Source: Fimicolochytrium jonesii
Lineage: Eukaryota
NCBI RefSeq assembly: GCF_025526975.1
Contig: NW_026515675.1
Coordinates: 496,001 to 560,000 of the forward strand
Direction: 5' to 3'
Length of the DNA: 64,000 nucleotides
Positions 38,684 through 50,428 of the stretch are shown here, piece by piece. The translations under genes were made by a program, and so were the position numbers. Numbering within the stretch: the stretch's first letter is position 1; every line of letters begins with the position of its first letter. Below the pieces are notes generated by a model, which saw nothing but the letters and a program-made list of their open reading frames with translations, had not been told where the DNA came from and searched no databases.

Positions 38684-39498
38684 ATGGCCTGGTACACATA
38701 CATCGGTGCTTTGCTGGCCAGGTCATTACATACAGTCGTTGTCGCCCACTTCTCGCTCACTCACTGATACCCGATTTGTTTAATAGTAACCTTATGCGCC
38801 CTGGGAAACATGGCTTGAGTCGGGAGTGCATGCAGAATTATGCCATCCATGGCGCCCCGGGCTACGTCATGTATATGTACTTGAAGTTCGTCATCGGACA
38901 GGAAACGATTCCCCATTACTTGAGCGGATTCTTTACGACTGTTTTTATGTAAGTTCTTCTGCTACCTCTACTCAGCGATAATGCCTTGCATGGCTTTGTG
39001 GATGCTAAGTTGTCGTGGCGTTAGGTGGGTGGTGTTCAGTTATGGGTTCGGACTGTACAATATGTGGAGGGGAATGACAGGAAAGGATATCGAACCAACC
39101 ACCCGGTATGTGCCTTGCATGCTCTTACGCTACAAGAGACATTCAAAGTAGATATTGACACCGCTCTCGAAAACAGCGCCTGGGAAATGGGACCCCACTT
39201 GACGCCTCCCCAGCGTGCGACACGCGAAGTCCTTTCGATCTTTGCGGGATGTTCCTGGGCCTTGTTGGAGGAGTCTGGGTTGATAATCGCCGCGGCCGTT
39301 GCCTTATTGGCCTTGATTGGCTATGGATTCTATGTGGTTGAGTGGGACAAGGAAGCCGACTGGGTGAAGACCATGACGAAGTATGCTGAGGAAAAGAAAA
39401 AGGAGGGTGTCGCCGGTGCTGAACAGAAGCCCGAGGCGAAGGTCGAGAGTAGGATGGCGAATGGGAAGCTTCCTGCCGAAAAGAAGAAATCCAAGTAA
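38684..39498 (+). CDS. Hypothetical multi-pass membrane protein with a C-terminal KKxx ER-retrieval signal
   Basis: Exons 38684-38721, 38787-38948, 39025-39105 and 39177-39498 splice to 201 codons with hydrophobic segments, ending ..KKKSK*; TATATAAAA at about 38664. Confidence 0.7.
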
Positions 39499-40190
39499 TG
39501 CGGGTGATTGAAGCGCGCCTAAGGGCGTTGGATGGATGGAGGTCGGGCAGGGTTCTCGGTTCTGATTCGCAGTTTTGGGAGGAGAGCTTTCGAATTTCCG
39601 CCATCGAAATCCGGCGTAGCAATTTCATTTCATTTAAAGATAGCATATCATAGTGTTGGTAGCATACCATAGGGTTAATCCTTTCTTGAAGCGAAAAGAG
39701 TATAGTCATCTTCGACTTCTTGATGCCCTGAACAACAAAGCAGCCCCATTTCATCATTTCATTAACAAGTCTCGTGGGCGGTTGATCGTTGCGACCGCTG
39801 CTCGAGCTGCTCGTTCATGAAGTTTGGCTGCGCGCGCATATGTCAGGTGCTGCTTTTTTCTGGCGTCGACGCGTTCATGCACAAACTTACGGCCGGGTGG
39901 TCTCGGGTCGCCTCGCAGCACATTCAATTGTCAAGTCCCCAGGGTCCTTTTCTTTCTGGCTTTCGAACTGCTTGTGGTGTCGGCGGACAGGGAAGTGAAC
40001 GAAGGTCAGCATCGTCCACCAGGTCAGTCGTGGCTAGGAGCTGCGACACTTGTTTCAGGTGTCGGACCGCGACAAAACATGTGTCTTTTCTTCTCGTCGC
40101 AATTTCGTCCGAGTTCGCCGAAATTGCCCTCTAAACATTCCAGTCCAGCTTACATCTTACGTTCTTATTCCCAAGAAGATTTACCCAGTG

Positions 40191-41303
40191 ATGTCCTCTT
40201 CACCGACAACGACCGTATCGGCGGTCGCCGCGGCGCCGACAAACACCGCCGTCTCAAAGCCGGCGTTCGACTTGCATGCTGCATTAAATCGCGCACTCGG
40301 GGGCGGACTTTCAGGCGCGGCTGCTATGGTGGTGCAGGTTGCTACTCTCATGGTGAGTAGCTGATCTACATGATGGTGGGGGAGGAAGGGTTGCTGGACG
40401 ATTTTGCGGGGCGTATGCGTCCCTTTCCCGGCCGTGGGAAAGAGCGACCTTTCCCACCCTCATAGTCTCATACTCTTTCATATAGCCACTTCGCACAGCT
40501 ATGAACTATCAATACCGGTTTGGCACAACAACAACCATTGCGATCCAGACCCTCTACAAAGACGGCGGAATCCTTCGCTTCTACCGTGGTGTAAGCGCCG
40601 CCCTCATCCAGGGCCCTCTTTCGCGTTTCGGAGACACGGCAGCAAATGCGTTTGCGTTATCTCTTCTCGATGGTAACCCCACCACCGCGTCTTTGCCCGT
40701 CGCCGTCAAGACGATCGGTGCATCCGCGTCCGCTGCCTCTTTCCGGATGTTCCTGACCCCGGTGGATACGCTGAAAACGACGTTGCAAACCCAAGGAAGC
40801 GCTGGAATGGCTCTCCTGAAGAAGCGCATTGCGGCCCATGGTGTCTCTTCGCTGTGGTACGGAGCGACCGCTTCCGCGGCAGCGACCTTTGTTGGGCATT
40901 ATCCATGGTTCTACACCTACAACACGCTGCAGGAAATCCTCCCACAACAAAACACAACGGCAAAGAAGCTCGGCCGCCAGGCGGTCATTGGATTCTCCGC
41001 GTCGATTGTTAGTGACACGATATCGAACTCCCTGCGTGTTATCAAGACGTACCGCCAAGTGAACGAGACGCGCATTTCCTACGCTGGCGCGGCACGAGCT
41101 GTCATTGAGAAGGACGGAGTGGTCGGTTTGTTCGGAAGAGGACTGAAGACGCGGATCATCACGAACGGTCTTCAGGGAATAATGTTTTCCGTCCTGTGGA
41201 AGCTGTTCCAAGACATGTATGTGATATAAACCCTGTCTTCCTTGCATGCCCGCCTCCAAGGAATACTAAACATTTCGATTTCCTCAGGTACTATGCCAAA
41301 TGA
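40191..41303 (+). CDS. Mitochondrial carrier family (SLC25) protein
   Basis: Three repeats with P-x-x-x-x-K/R-like signatures (M|PLRTAMNYQY, TPVDTLKTTLQ, NSLRVIKTYRQ) and DG..FYRG / LFGRGLKTR motifs; introns 40353-40485 and about 41217-41287. Confidence 0.92.
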
Positions 41304-41704
41304 ACATCTCCCGTGCGGACAAGGTGTGGAGGCGAGACGTGCATTGCTTAGTTTACAGATGATGGGTGCATTCCCTTTCGATGATGGATGAAAATGGATC
41401 CGTAGTCATCGTCAGTCCAATCGTCCCTAGCTCGTCCAGGAATAACAAGACGATAAACTGTAACCCACCATAATAGTCCACTTCGCTGTAGCTGCGGACC
41501 ATTAGGGGGCACTATTCTAGAGTTGCTTTAGGAAGAATGAGAGACAAACACATGTTAACTTTTAAATATCTATCTGAAACTATGAATTACGATGATGCAA
41601 AGATATCTACATGTACAGTGAGGATGGGTGGCTACGAAAGAATGTAAGAGTAACACGACTGCTTGTCGCCATGTGACAATCTAAGCGAGAGGATGCGAGC
41701 CCCT

Positions 41705-43125
41705 TTACAACTCCATCGCTGCCGCCGAGTGAGCGGAAGCCGCGATCTTCTTCTTAACTTGTCGCACCTTCGTCCGGCCGTTGATGAGTCCAGCGTACTC
41801 GGAGGTTGCGATGTCATATGCCGAATGCACGTACGGCAATGGCAAATCCGCGGCTGTGATCTGCAGCAGTCCAGATGGCAGCAACATCACGGTCATGGAA
41901 AACCGAGCAACGAATTCTCCAGTCGGTGCAACTTGCAGCCACTCAGGGACCAAGAGGTTGTGAGAAAGGTTCTCCTGCATCCCTAACCTGTGTGACGAGC
42001 CGAGGGCGATGAGGGCACGGGTGGCAAAGGGGAATACGGAAAAGGTGTTGGCGACGGTCGAGAGGGTTGTTCGGGAAGACTTGTGTTTGAGGTTGTAGAA
42101 AGCATTCACGTCCCGCTTCAAAACCATCGGCTTGTGGTCCAATACATGCTTGACTGCCCCGGTCGCGGCAGTGGACACCGCAACGTCGATCACCCACACA
42201 TCTCCGACCTGCGGAGATTCATCGCCTTCCTCAGTATTCCAAGAGTCCATCTCGTCATCGTCGTCTGGGACCACAATGTTCTCAAGGTCGACGCCTTCGG
42301 GAATCATGGAATTTGGAAGTTGGGCGCCGGGCACGCTGGCGACAAATCTCTTCACTTTACGAGTGAAGTTCGTGCGGACTGCGCTGCATCCGAAATGCTG
42401 GGCGATCCCCTCAACGGTGCTGGTGAATGTTCCTCGCGACGTCTTCAATTCGGGATCTAACAGTTTCGCGACGGCTTGAGCGCCGTAGTGGGCTGCGCAG
42501 ATCGCGTCCGCAGGGCGCCCGGTAGTGGGTTCTGACGGGGTCGCGCTGAGGACCGTGCTGTGAGACAGGCTGGCGATGTAACCGTCGATGTGGACGGCCA
42601 GGTCGCTTTCGGATTAATAGGGTCAAGGTTAGTATCCGAGCGTCATTCTGATCTTATCAAACATGCGCGACCAACATTTTGACAAGGTCCCCGGCGTTCA
42701 AGACAGTTGTGTCCTCCTCAGCCGGGCTGAAGTTTCTGACAACGTGGTTGATCGACACGGACGTAGGAGAGGCGATTCCCCTCTCCCCTTTTTTGTACAT
42801 TTTCGCAGTGGTCTCCAGGATTAAGTTATCGCCCAATTTGCAAAGCTCCACGGCACGGACACCGATATTCGTCGCCTGCAAAACCTGCTTCATCACGTCT
42901 AATGGAGAGATAGGGAGACCTGATGGTTAGTGGCGAAGTCGATAGTGCTTTTAACGTCTCCTTCCGAATTGGAAAGAAACAGAGCCGGAAAGTTCCCTAA
43001 AGGCGTTCCGACTTACCATTGGCGATATCGGCCGCAGTTCGGTACTTGGTCACAACTGCGTGGTTGTTGAGGTCGTTATCGCCGTCAAACCGACCGGGGG
43101 CAGGGGTTATCTCCATCATAGACAT
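41705..43125 (-). CDS. ARX1: Arx1/Ebp1-like M24 pseudo-peptidase, pre-60S export factor
   Basis: VVTKYRTAADIAN, VELCKLGD, ERGIASPTSVSIN, GDLVK|IDLAVHIDGY, GRPADAICAAH, KVKRF, LKHKSSR, FSVFPF; two introns; Arx1 versus PA2G4/Cdb4 orthology not certain. Confidence 0.8.
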
Positions 43126-43611
43126 ACTGGCGAGTTTGACTTCTCGTATGTTGGATACGAAGGCGTTCGTTTAAGCGAAAATGTCCTGCGGTGAACAGCT
43201 GTGAAGTTGAGAGAGAAAAACACCACGAGCAGAGAATGGTTGACAAAACGAGCGCGACACGCTCGCAAAATCAATTCTGGCTCTCAGTCACGTGATGTGA
43301 ATTGACGATATGCATTGTCCTGTCAGTTTGACCAACTCCGATCCCCTGTGAGTTTACAGAAAAGCTTGAGTAGTTTCTTCGCTTCGGCCCCTTGATGCTC
43401 CGTCTGAAATTCTCGACCCGCCTCTCGTAGCTGGCTTCCCCTGCATTTAGAGTGCTGATGATATGGTAGAATTTCATCGCATTTGAAACAGACATCCCTG
43501 CAACAATTTTCGAGAACACGGCTGTTGGAAGTTTGTCGGTATTTTTTTCGCAGCCTCGTAGACAGGCCGCCGATATTTCACATTTAGAGGACTTTGCGAG
43601 GGATCCTCACT

Positions 43612-46600
43612 ATGAGTACAATAGTGCACGCCCGGGTAATGCCCAACCGGGCGCATGATTATCTCTATGGTATGTCCAGGACTCATGGCGGTGCCGCCTT
43701 CTAGCAAGCACTCTACTTCGCCAATGTCTTATGTCCCTCTCTTACTGACGATTGGTTTTCAGACACAAATCATACTGTGGCCGGGAGAACAGATCATATA
43801 CGGAATATGATGAAGTGTCAGACAGCGGATGCGGTGCGTGAGCTTAGAGAAGTGTTTGATGTGCCAGCCGAACCTGATGGAGATTCATTCTGTGCAAACA
43901 GATAATACAGCCGTCGTTCGATAACATGTTCTCTACACTGCGTCACCATCCATCAACGAGATATGCCTTGCGCGCACACAACCTTCCCTCACATCTGGGC
44001 AATGACCGCCGCACCTACATCTCCACTCAACCCGACGTCACAGGTGCCAACCGATTCAAGTACTTCCGCAGACCCATCATCCCGTACATGCCTTCGCTCG
44101 GTGCGCAAGTCGTGTATGCTCGACGGCCTATGGCTATGACAGCCATGGCGGCGGGCGCAGTAGAAGAGTCTTCTCGACCGGTAACCCCGTTCACGAAGAC
44201 TGTCGGGATACAAACGATGTACAGAGAATCAGATGCGCAGACAGATCCATATACCCCGGAATACACTCTGCACCCGTCATGTGCAGACGGCGCAAATCCG
44301 CCAGAGATCCTGTCTCTGCTTACTCTAACGTTCGGCCAGGGATTGCCGGTTACGACAACGGAGCTGGAGCTGATCGAGAGGGCGCGGGCAAAGCGAGCAT
44401 GGGAGGCGACATTACCGCCCGTAACTGATCAAGCCTCGTTCGAGAAGCGCCTGCGAATGATGGAGGAGATGGAAATGCGGGAGTGGAGGGAGCGAGAAGA
44501 TGAGATCAAGCGACTGCAGGATGCACGTCTTGAGGTTCTCAAGCAGGTCATTGAAGAACGAGAGGTGGCCAATGAGGTCTTGTCGGAGGAACGTGTAAAG
44601 AAGGCGTGGGAGCGCAAGATGGTGGAGCGGGATCAGGTTCTGGAGAAGCTGCAGCGCAAGAAGATCAAAGCACTGCGAAGATTAGCCGATCGGCGAGCGC
44701 ATGTGGAGCCGAAGATTGAGCGGAGGGACATCATTTCAGAGTATGCAGACTTTGGATCCAAGGTCTATGCACCATGTACGAGAAATGGTGTCTTTTATGA
44801 CAAGCCGGGAGCAACAATCCAGGTGCACCTAGGCGATGGCGTTGAAGGCTTCAATGGTGAGCCGGGGACTCTGTCTACGGGTTCGCTCTTCTGCAACACA
44901 CTAAGATGGCACCTCTCCACAAGCTCTCTCGGAATTGGAACGGGATATACTGCCGAAGCTCCTCAATGCTTCATTACTGCAACCGCCTACCCTCGAAAAG
45001 AAGAGCAGTCATACCGCTCGCAAGGTAAGTGTTTGCTCGCGAACATAAGGGGAGTGGACCTTTATAACACAAGGTTGGCGCAGGATGCACAACTGTACGC
45101 ACAATTGGAGCTTATGGACCAAAAGCTCAAGGAGCGACGGGCGGCAGATGGGCAATCAGAATTCCGTTCGCCAAGCCCTCCCCTGCGGTTTGCTCAAAAG
45201 ATTGAGAAACCGCCTGTCAGACCCCCTACACCGCCGATTCTGGATCCGTATGTCTAATCAATCGAAGATTTGCGGTTATTTCGGCGAGATTCTGATTCGC
45301 TCTGCCCTCAATCTGTAGGAGAGAGGAAGATGAAGAGATGGAAGTTGCTGCCATCTTATTACAGAAGCTCATTCGTGGTCGTGCGGCTCAGAGCCTCATG
45401 TATCAAGGTGATATGGATATGCTCGCGAAGATCTGGACCCAAAGGAAAACATCTGACCCATTCTTCAGGAAAACAACGCCGCCTCAACCTCATCTCCGAA
45501 CTCCGTATCCGTCAATCCGTCCTTCCGCCCATCGGCTCGTACAGATCACCAGGGCGACCCAGCTCCTACCCGGCATCCTCTTCACCCGCACAAGATGCTT
45601 TGGATAGGCTTGCTGGCGGCGATCATAGTCAGGCGGCAGTGGCCGCGGCTGCTGGCGATGTCGCTGCCGCCCAGGGATTGGAGACAGGCGCTGGGTTGCG
45701 AGATGCTGTGGACAGGGCTGTCCGGAGGGAGCTGGAGGTCATCTTTGGGGAGGTGGGTCTCATAAAGCTTTCATCAATGAAGCATTGCTCGAACGTCCCA
45801 GCTTAACATCATCTTCGAATCCACAGGAAATCATAACCGCGGGTTCAGAAACCGACAACATGCCCCCACCCACCTCCACCGACGGCCTCACCGCCTCCAT
45901 CTCCTCCAATCTCCTCTCCCAATACACATCTCAAACACTCGCCTTCCTCACCACCGAGCTCGTGCGCCTCCGCGAGCTGCACCGCATCAGCGCCTTGGTT
46001 AAACTCGCCGAACGGACGCGGCGGATGCGCGAAGCCGAGGAAAGCGGGCGCAGGCAGGCGGAGATGGAGCGACGTGTAATTGAGGATGAGGTGTTCCGGC
46101 AGGTTATGACGGTGCATAGGGAGTCGGTGGAGTCGTATTTGGAGGATGTGGTTGCGGGTGTTGGGGATAGAGTTGCTGGTGTCAAGGCGAAGCAGCAAGT
46201 GAGGGAGTATGTGAGCAGGGTTAATAGAGTGATGGAGGCTGTGGAAAATGGGTACGTTGTCTGAAGCAACTCGATAAAAGCCGGTCACGGATGCTGATGC
46301 CCATCTCGTTTTTATCACAGCCTGCCAGGTGCAGACCAAAATACAGGCGGTACATCAGATGAAACCACTGTGGCAGATCTAGTTGCCTCTTTCCTGATAC
46401 CAGAGGTCGAACGACAGACATTGCGGAATCAAGGTACAACGCTACAAAGCTACTTCTCATATTCATCTGGTATCAACTGAGGCTTTCAATCGAAACTCAA
46501 CGCCTGGTGATTCTTCCCCATCCGCAGTGAAATCCGACCAACGCAAATACATCCAAGCAGCCCACACCAGCATTTCCGCTGCCATCAGCGACATCGAGGC

Positions 46601-46835
46601 GCAAAGCAAAGATTCCATCCATCCCTCCACATCCAGCCTCAACGTGCGTACTGGTCCTGCAACGGCGCGGGCCAGCACCATCGCCGGGCCCAATGGGGCG
46701 GATGATGGAGGCGTCCAGGGGCTTTTGCAGCGCTTGCAGTCGGATGATGCGGTGGATGGTGGGAAGGATAAGTCGGCGCCGTTGTCGAGGCAGGGATCAC
46801 GCTCGGCTTCGAGGGTATCCCGACAAGAGTCTTAG
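43612..46835 (+). CDS. CFAP91: Cilia- and flagella-associated protein 91 (MAATS1)
   Basis: NRAHDYLY|D, FDNMFSTLRHHP, QTMYRESDAQTDPYTPEY, LTFGQGLP..IERARAKRAWEATLPP, IQ motif LQKLIRGRAAQ, ELVRLRELHRI..AERTRRMREAEESGRRQAE, VADLVASFLIPEV. Confidence 0.93.
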
Positions 46836-47112
46836 GAATGGCGTGTTGGGGACAGTTTTTTGGGTGCTGCATCTTGACTGAATGGTTTACGGTACAGGGC
46901 GAGCGCATGTTCAGAATATATTATGGAGATGTACTTATTTAAACATTGGAGTACTTCCGTTCGCTCGTCATGCTACATCTGCCCCCTACTGCTATCTGAA
47001 CAACTCGGGTTCTTCCTATGCGGCGGATCCGCGAACGCCATGAAGAACTGCAATATCGCAGGGCTGGCAGCCCTAATATAGTCATTCTCATCCATGCCTG
47101 ATTACGCCGCTT

Positions 47113-49180
47113 CTATCGCTCGCCCCAAAACTTCGCCCGGTAGTCATCACTGCGAAGGCGATTAGCATTGAACAAGATCTCATGGCAAAGTGAATGCCTC
47201 TATTCATACCTGCATGTGACGAAAGTATTCTCCACAGGACTGGCTGCTATACACCGCAGTGGCGCCATATGTGCTAAAGTCCAGAGTCAGAAATCGCCAA
47301 AATACCAAGTGCTTTGTATGTATTGCCTCACCTGGTGTCTTCTTGAGCAAAGCGCCTGCGCCAGTAATTTTGGTTTATGTCTGTCGCTACCTTACCCACG
47401 GCTCAACAGACCAACGCACCTGTCCTTGAATCCCACATTACAATAGCCCAATCCTTCTCGTCCGTTCCCAGGACATAGTCCTCGTTGTAATTGAACGTAT
47501 TTGTCGTATAAACATCCTGAAGTTCGTCCCATGTTGAGTTCCATATACTGAACGAAGAACGGGAGGTCACCGACATTTACCTTTTGCGACGCGCCCACAA
47601 ACTCCTGCACAGCATTCCCCGTGTGCATATCCCACAGTTTTCCCACGGAATCCAAGCCACATGATAGGAGGTACCTTCCGCTGCGTGTAAACCGCACGCT
47701 TGTGACAGGTCTGCCCGAATGCGCCTGCGATATGGTTTTCACGCATTGGCCAGAGACGGTGTCCCACATTTTGATGGAGCCGTCGTCACCCGCAGTCGCT
47801 ATGATGTGTCATTGGAGATTAGCTGATTGTACCTCTTCAAGACGGTGAAGTTTCCCGTTCCATTCTTACCAAAGAATTTACCCGAAGGGGCATATCGGAT
47901 CTTCAAGAAGGATCTGGTGAGTGCAGTTCCCACGGAAAGATTTGCTCAGCAGTTGATACCTTATTGATCGCACCAGTATGCGATTCTTTGGATGCTGCTG
48001 CACTGAAGCACTTCAAGCTATGCACATCAAAGATCCGAACAGCCTCATGATCCGTGCCTTCAGTGGTGGAGTGTGAGCAAACAATGCCCCGACCGCTTTC
48101 TGGCACTGTGGACTGTTTCCGCACCTGCCGCAATGTAATCTCCAGAAGGATGGAAATGTATCGATCGAACAACATTTGCATCCTACACGTCCTATTAGTC
48201 AAGTCCCATTCGCATCACGGGTGCGGGTGCACATACCTGCAAATATCGAAAACTCCGCTTCACATTCGGCATCTGTATATCAAACAGCTTGATAGTCTGG
48301 TCATGGGAACACGATGCCAGCACAGTCCCGTTCGGATGGAAGTGTACATCGTTCACAGGCGCCATATGATCGTAAAGAGTTCGTATCACTGGCTTTTCCT
48401 GCGCGCCGTCTCGGAAGGCGGCTTTTATTCGAGACACGTCTAGGACTTTCATCGTCGTGTCTTCCGATCCTGTTGCGAGGTATTTGCCGTCCGCGCTGAA
48501 GACTTGGGTTGACATGTGACATGTTAGGTCTGCGGAAACCGTCGTTCATGAAGCATGACGCTCTTCTCAGGCCACTCCCTCACCTGCCGTCCGGCATGCT
48601 TCCCGATGCTGCGTACTGAACCATACCGCGAGGTTCGGAGGGGTCGTCGGAGCTGCGTAGAAGACCACATTCATTCTTTCAGTATGGCTATCTTCCATTT
48701 TCGACTTAATGAGTCGCACCGACCTTGCCCTTTCGCGTCCGCCCAACTTGACTCCTCTGCTTCAGTGCTCTCTTCATCCGATATTTCCTCCGTCAAATCC
48801 GCCGGAACGATCTCCTCCGCGTCGTCTGAAACGATCCTTCCAAGTAAGTGACCGGTAAGCTCTTTGGCCTACCGCGCCTCCCGCCAGCCCCTCCAACAAC
48901 TGTTCCCACCGTTGTCTCTTCCCACTTTGCCCTGATAACATAACTCTGCAAGTTGAGGAGACGGATCGAAAGCATATGGTGTGTTGCTCTCCTCCGCGAC
49001 AACCGCCGCTATCGAGTTCAGACCATAGTGCTGCAACTGACTATATGTAGGGGTCAAACGAAGCCGAAAGTGTGTCTCAGAACCATAAGGCGGCGGAACG
49101 AACCTAATGATCAGAGGCAGCACTTCTGCCCGAGGGAGCTGGTTATCCTCGTCACTTATATTTGACTCGGTGTCCTCCAT
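47113..49180 (-). CDS. CSTF1: Cleavage stimulation factor 50 kDa subunit (WD40)
   Basis: N-terminal dimerisation motif LPLII|SQLQHYGL; WD40 repeats including PVIRTLYDH..VHFHP, VRSIHFHPSGD, C-terminal HMAPLRCIAASP..FVTCSDDYRAKFW; many introns including a 24-nt micro-exon near 47331-47354. Confidence 0.9.
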
Positions 49181-49499
49181 CTTGCCCGCTTGTCTGTCCA
49201 ATCCGCGTAGCTCTCTCTATGGGTGAAACGACGTATGGCCTCCCTGTAGTAAACGCTGGAGTCGGGAATTCTGAATTCCTCAAAAACGCGTTGCAGAGCC
49301 GAAAGTCAAAAAGCGTCCTTGAACATTGGTCCTGACTCCTCAATTTCGTCTCGCATACAAATCAGCACAGTGTATATAGAGAAGGACAGCCAACCACTAG
49401 AGCTTCATTCGCCCCCTTTCGCTCTATTCCCACCACTTGCACGAATAAGGACCTGAATCATCGACAAACAGCAACACCCAGTTTCGACGCAACATCAAC

Positions 49500-50098
49500 A
49501 TGGCCCGACACCACCCCGATCTTATCTTCTGCCGCAAGCAACCAGGCATAGCCATCGGGCGTCTATGCGAAAAGCACGATGGAATCTGCGTCATTTGCGA
49601 CTCATATGTGCGGCCAGCAGACTTGGTGCGCATCTGCGACGAGTGCAACTACGGATCGTACCAGGGGCGGTGTGTCGTTTGTGGAGGGAATGGGATCTCG
49701 GATGCGTTTTATTGCAAGGAGTGTGTTGTGCAGGAGAAGGATGTACGTATGAGCCTTCTTTCGAGATTGGGGCTGGCGACCGGTCGATGTGGGGTGGGAA
49801 ATGGAGGTTGGAGGGACGGAACCTGCAGCTGGTGCAAAAGTGAACTACCACGAAGAGGGCAGGCGGTCGAGATCTTGACCAGAGGGAGCGGAAATGATGA
49901 AGGGGAAGGGAGAAGGGCTTTCGGTCATCGGTCATCGAGGATGTGTTTTGCTAGCAGCGACTGACGTATGATTCTTTCTTTCATTCATTCGACCTTTTGG
50001 ATCTACAGAGAGACGGCTGCCCGAAAATTGTAAATCTAGGGAGTAGCAAAACGGATCTGTTTTATGAGCGGAAGAAATATGGCTTCAAACAAAGGTAA
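49500..50098 (+). CDS. PHF5A: SF3b splicing factor PHF5A/Rds3
   Basis: [68 protein letters not shown]; intron 49743-50009; possible second intron 50095-50160 would end the CDS at 50170. Confidence 0.97.
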
Positions 50099-50428
50099 TC
50101 AAGTGATGTAAAATATCTTCGACGCCAGAGCGGTAACTAACATCTGTGCATACACTCCAGAACTACGTAAATCTGAGGTGCCAATCGCCAGTCTCACCAT
50201 CTTTCGCTTCCGAAGCGATTGGCACCGAACCAATACCCATTCGCTTATGGCATTGTACATAGTGGCTCAACGAAACCTATATAGCACCCGTCGAACATCA
50301 TTCTTGCTGTCTGATGAATCTCTGAACCAGTCGTATTCATGAGAATGTACGAGGCGTAAACTCCAACTGGTGAAGAAATGCCGTTACCTTCTCACTCGAG
50401 CAAGCTCAGTATCATTAAATTGTGTAAC

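Noticed and set aside
43285..43292. Homol-D-like CAGTCACG upstream of ARX1
   Set aside because: Single imperfect 8-mer, not seen at the other ribosome-biogenesis gene
43686..43761. Alternative CFAP91 start with a GC-AG intron
   Set aside because: ATG 43612 with GT-AG intron 43670-43761 restores the conserved NRAHDYLYD motif
49894..49964. Box C/D snoRNA in PHF5A intron 1 (ATGATGA ... CTGA)
   Set aside because: No terminal stem or recognisable rRNA guide; the CTGAC is probably the branch point
50381..50406. Degenerate right-hand TIR matching the MITE, downstream of the Fanzor-like remnant
   Set aside because: Only a gapped partial match, not distinguishable from chance without paralog alignments
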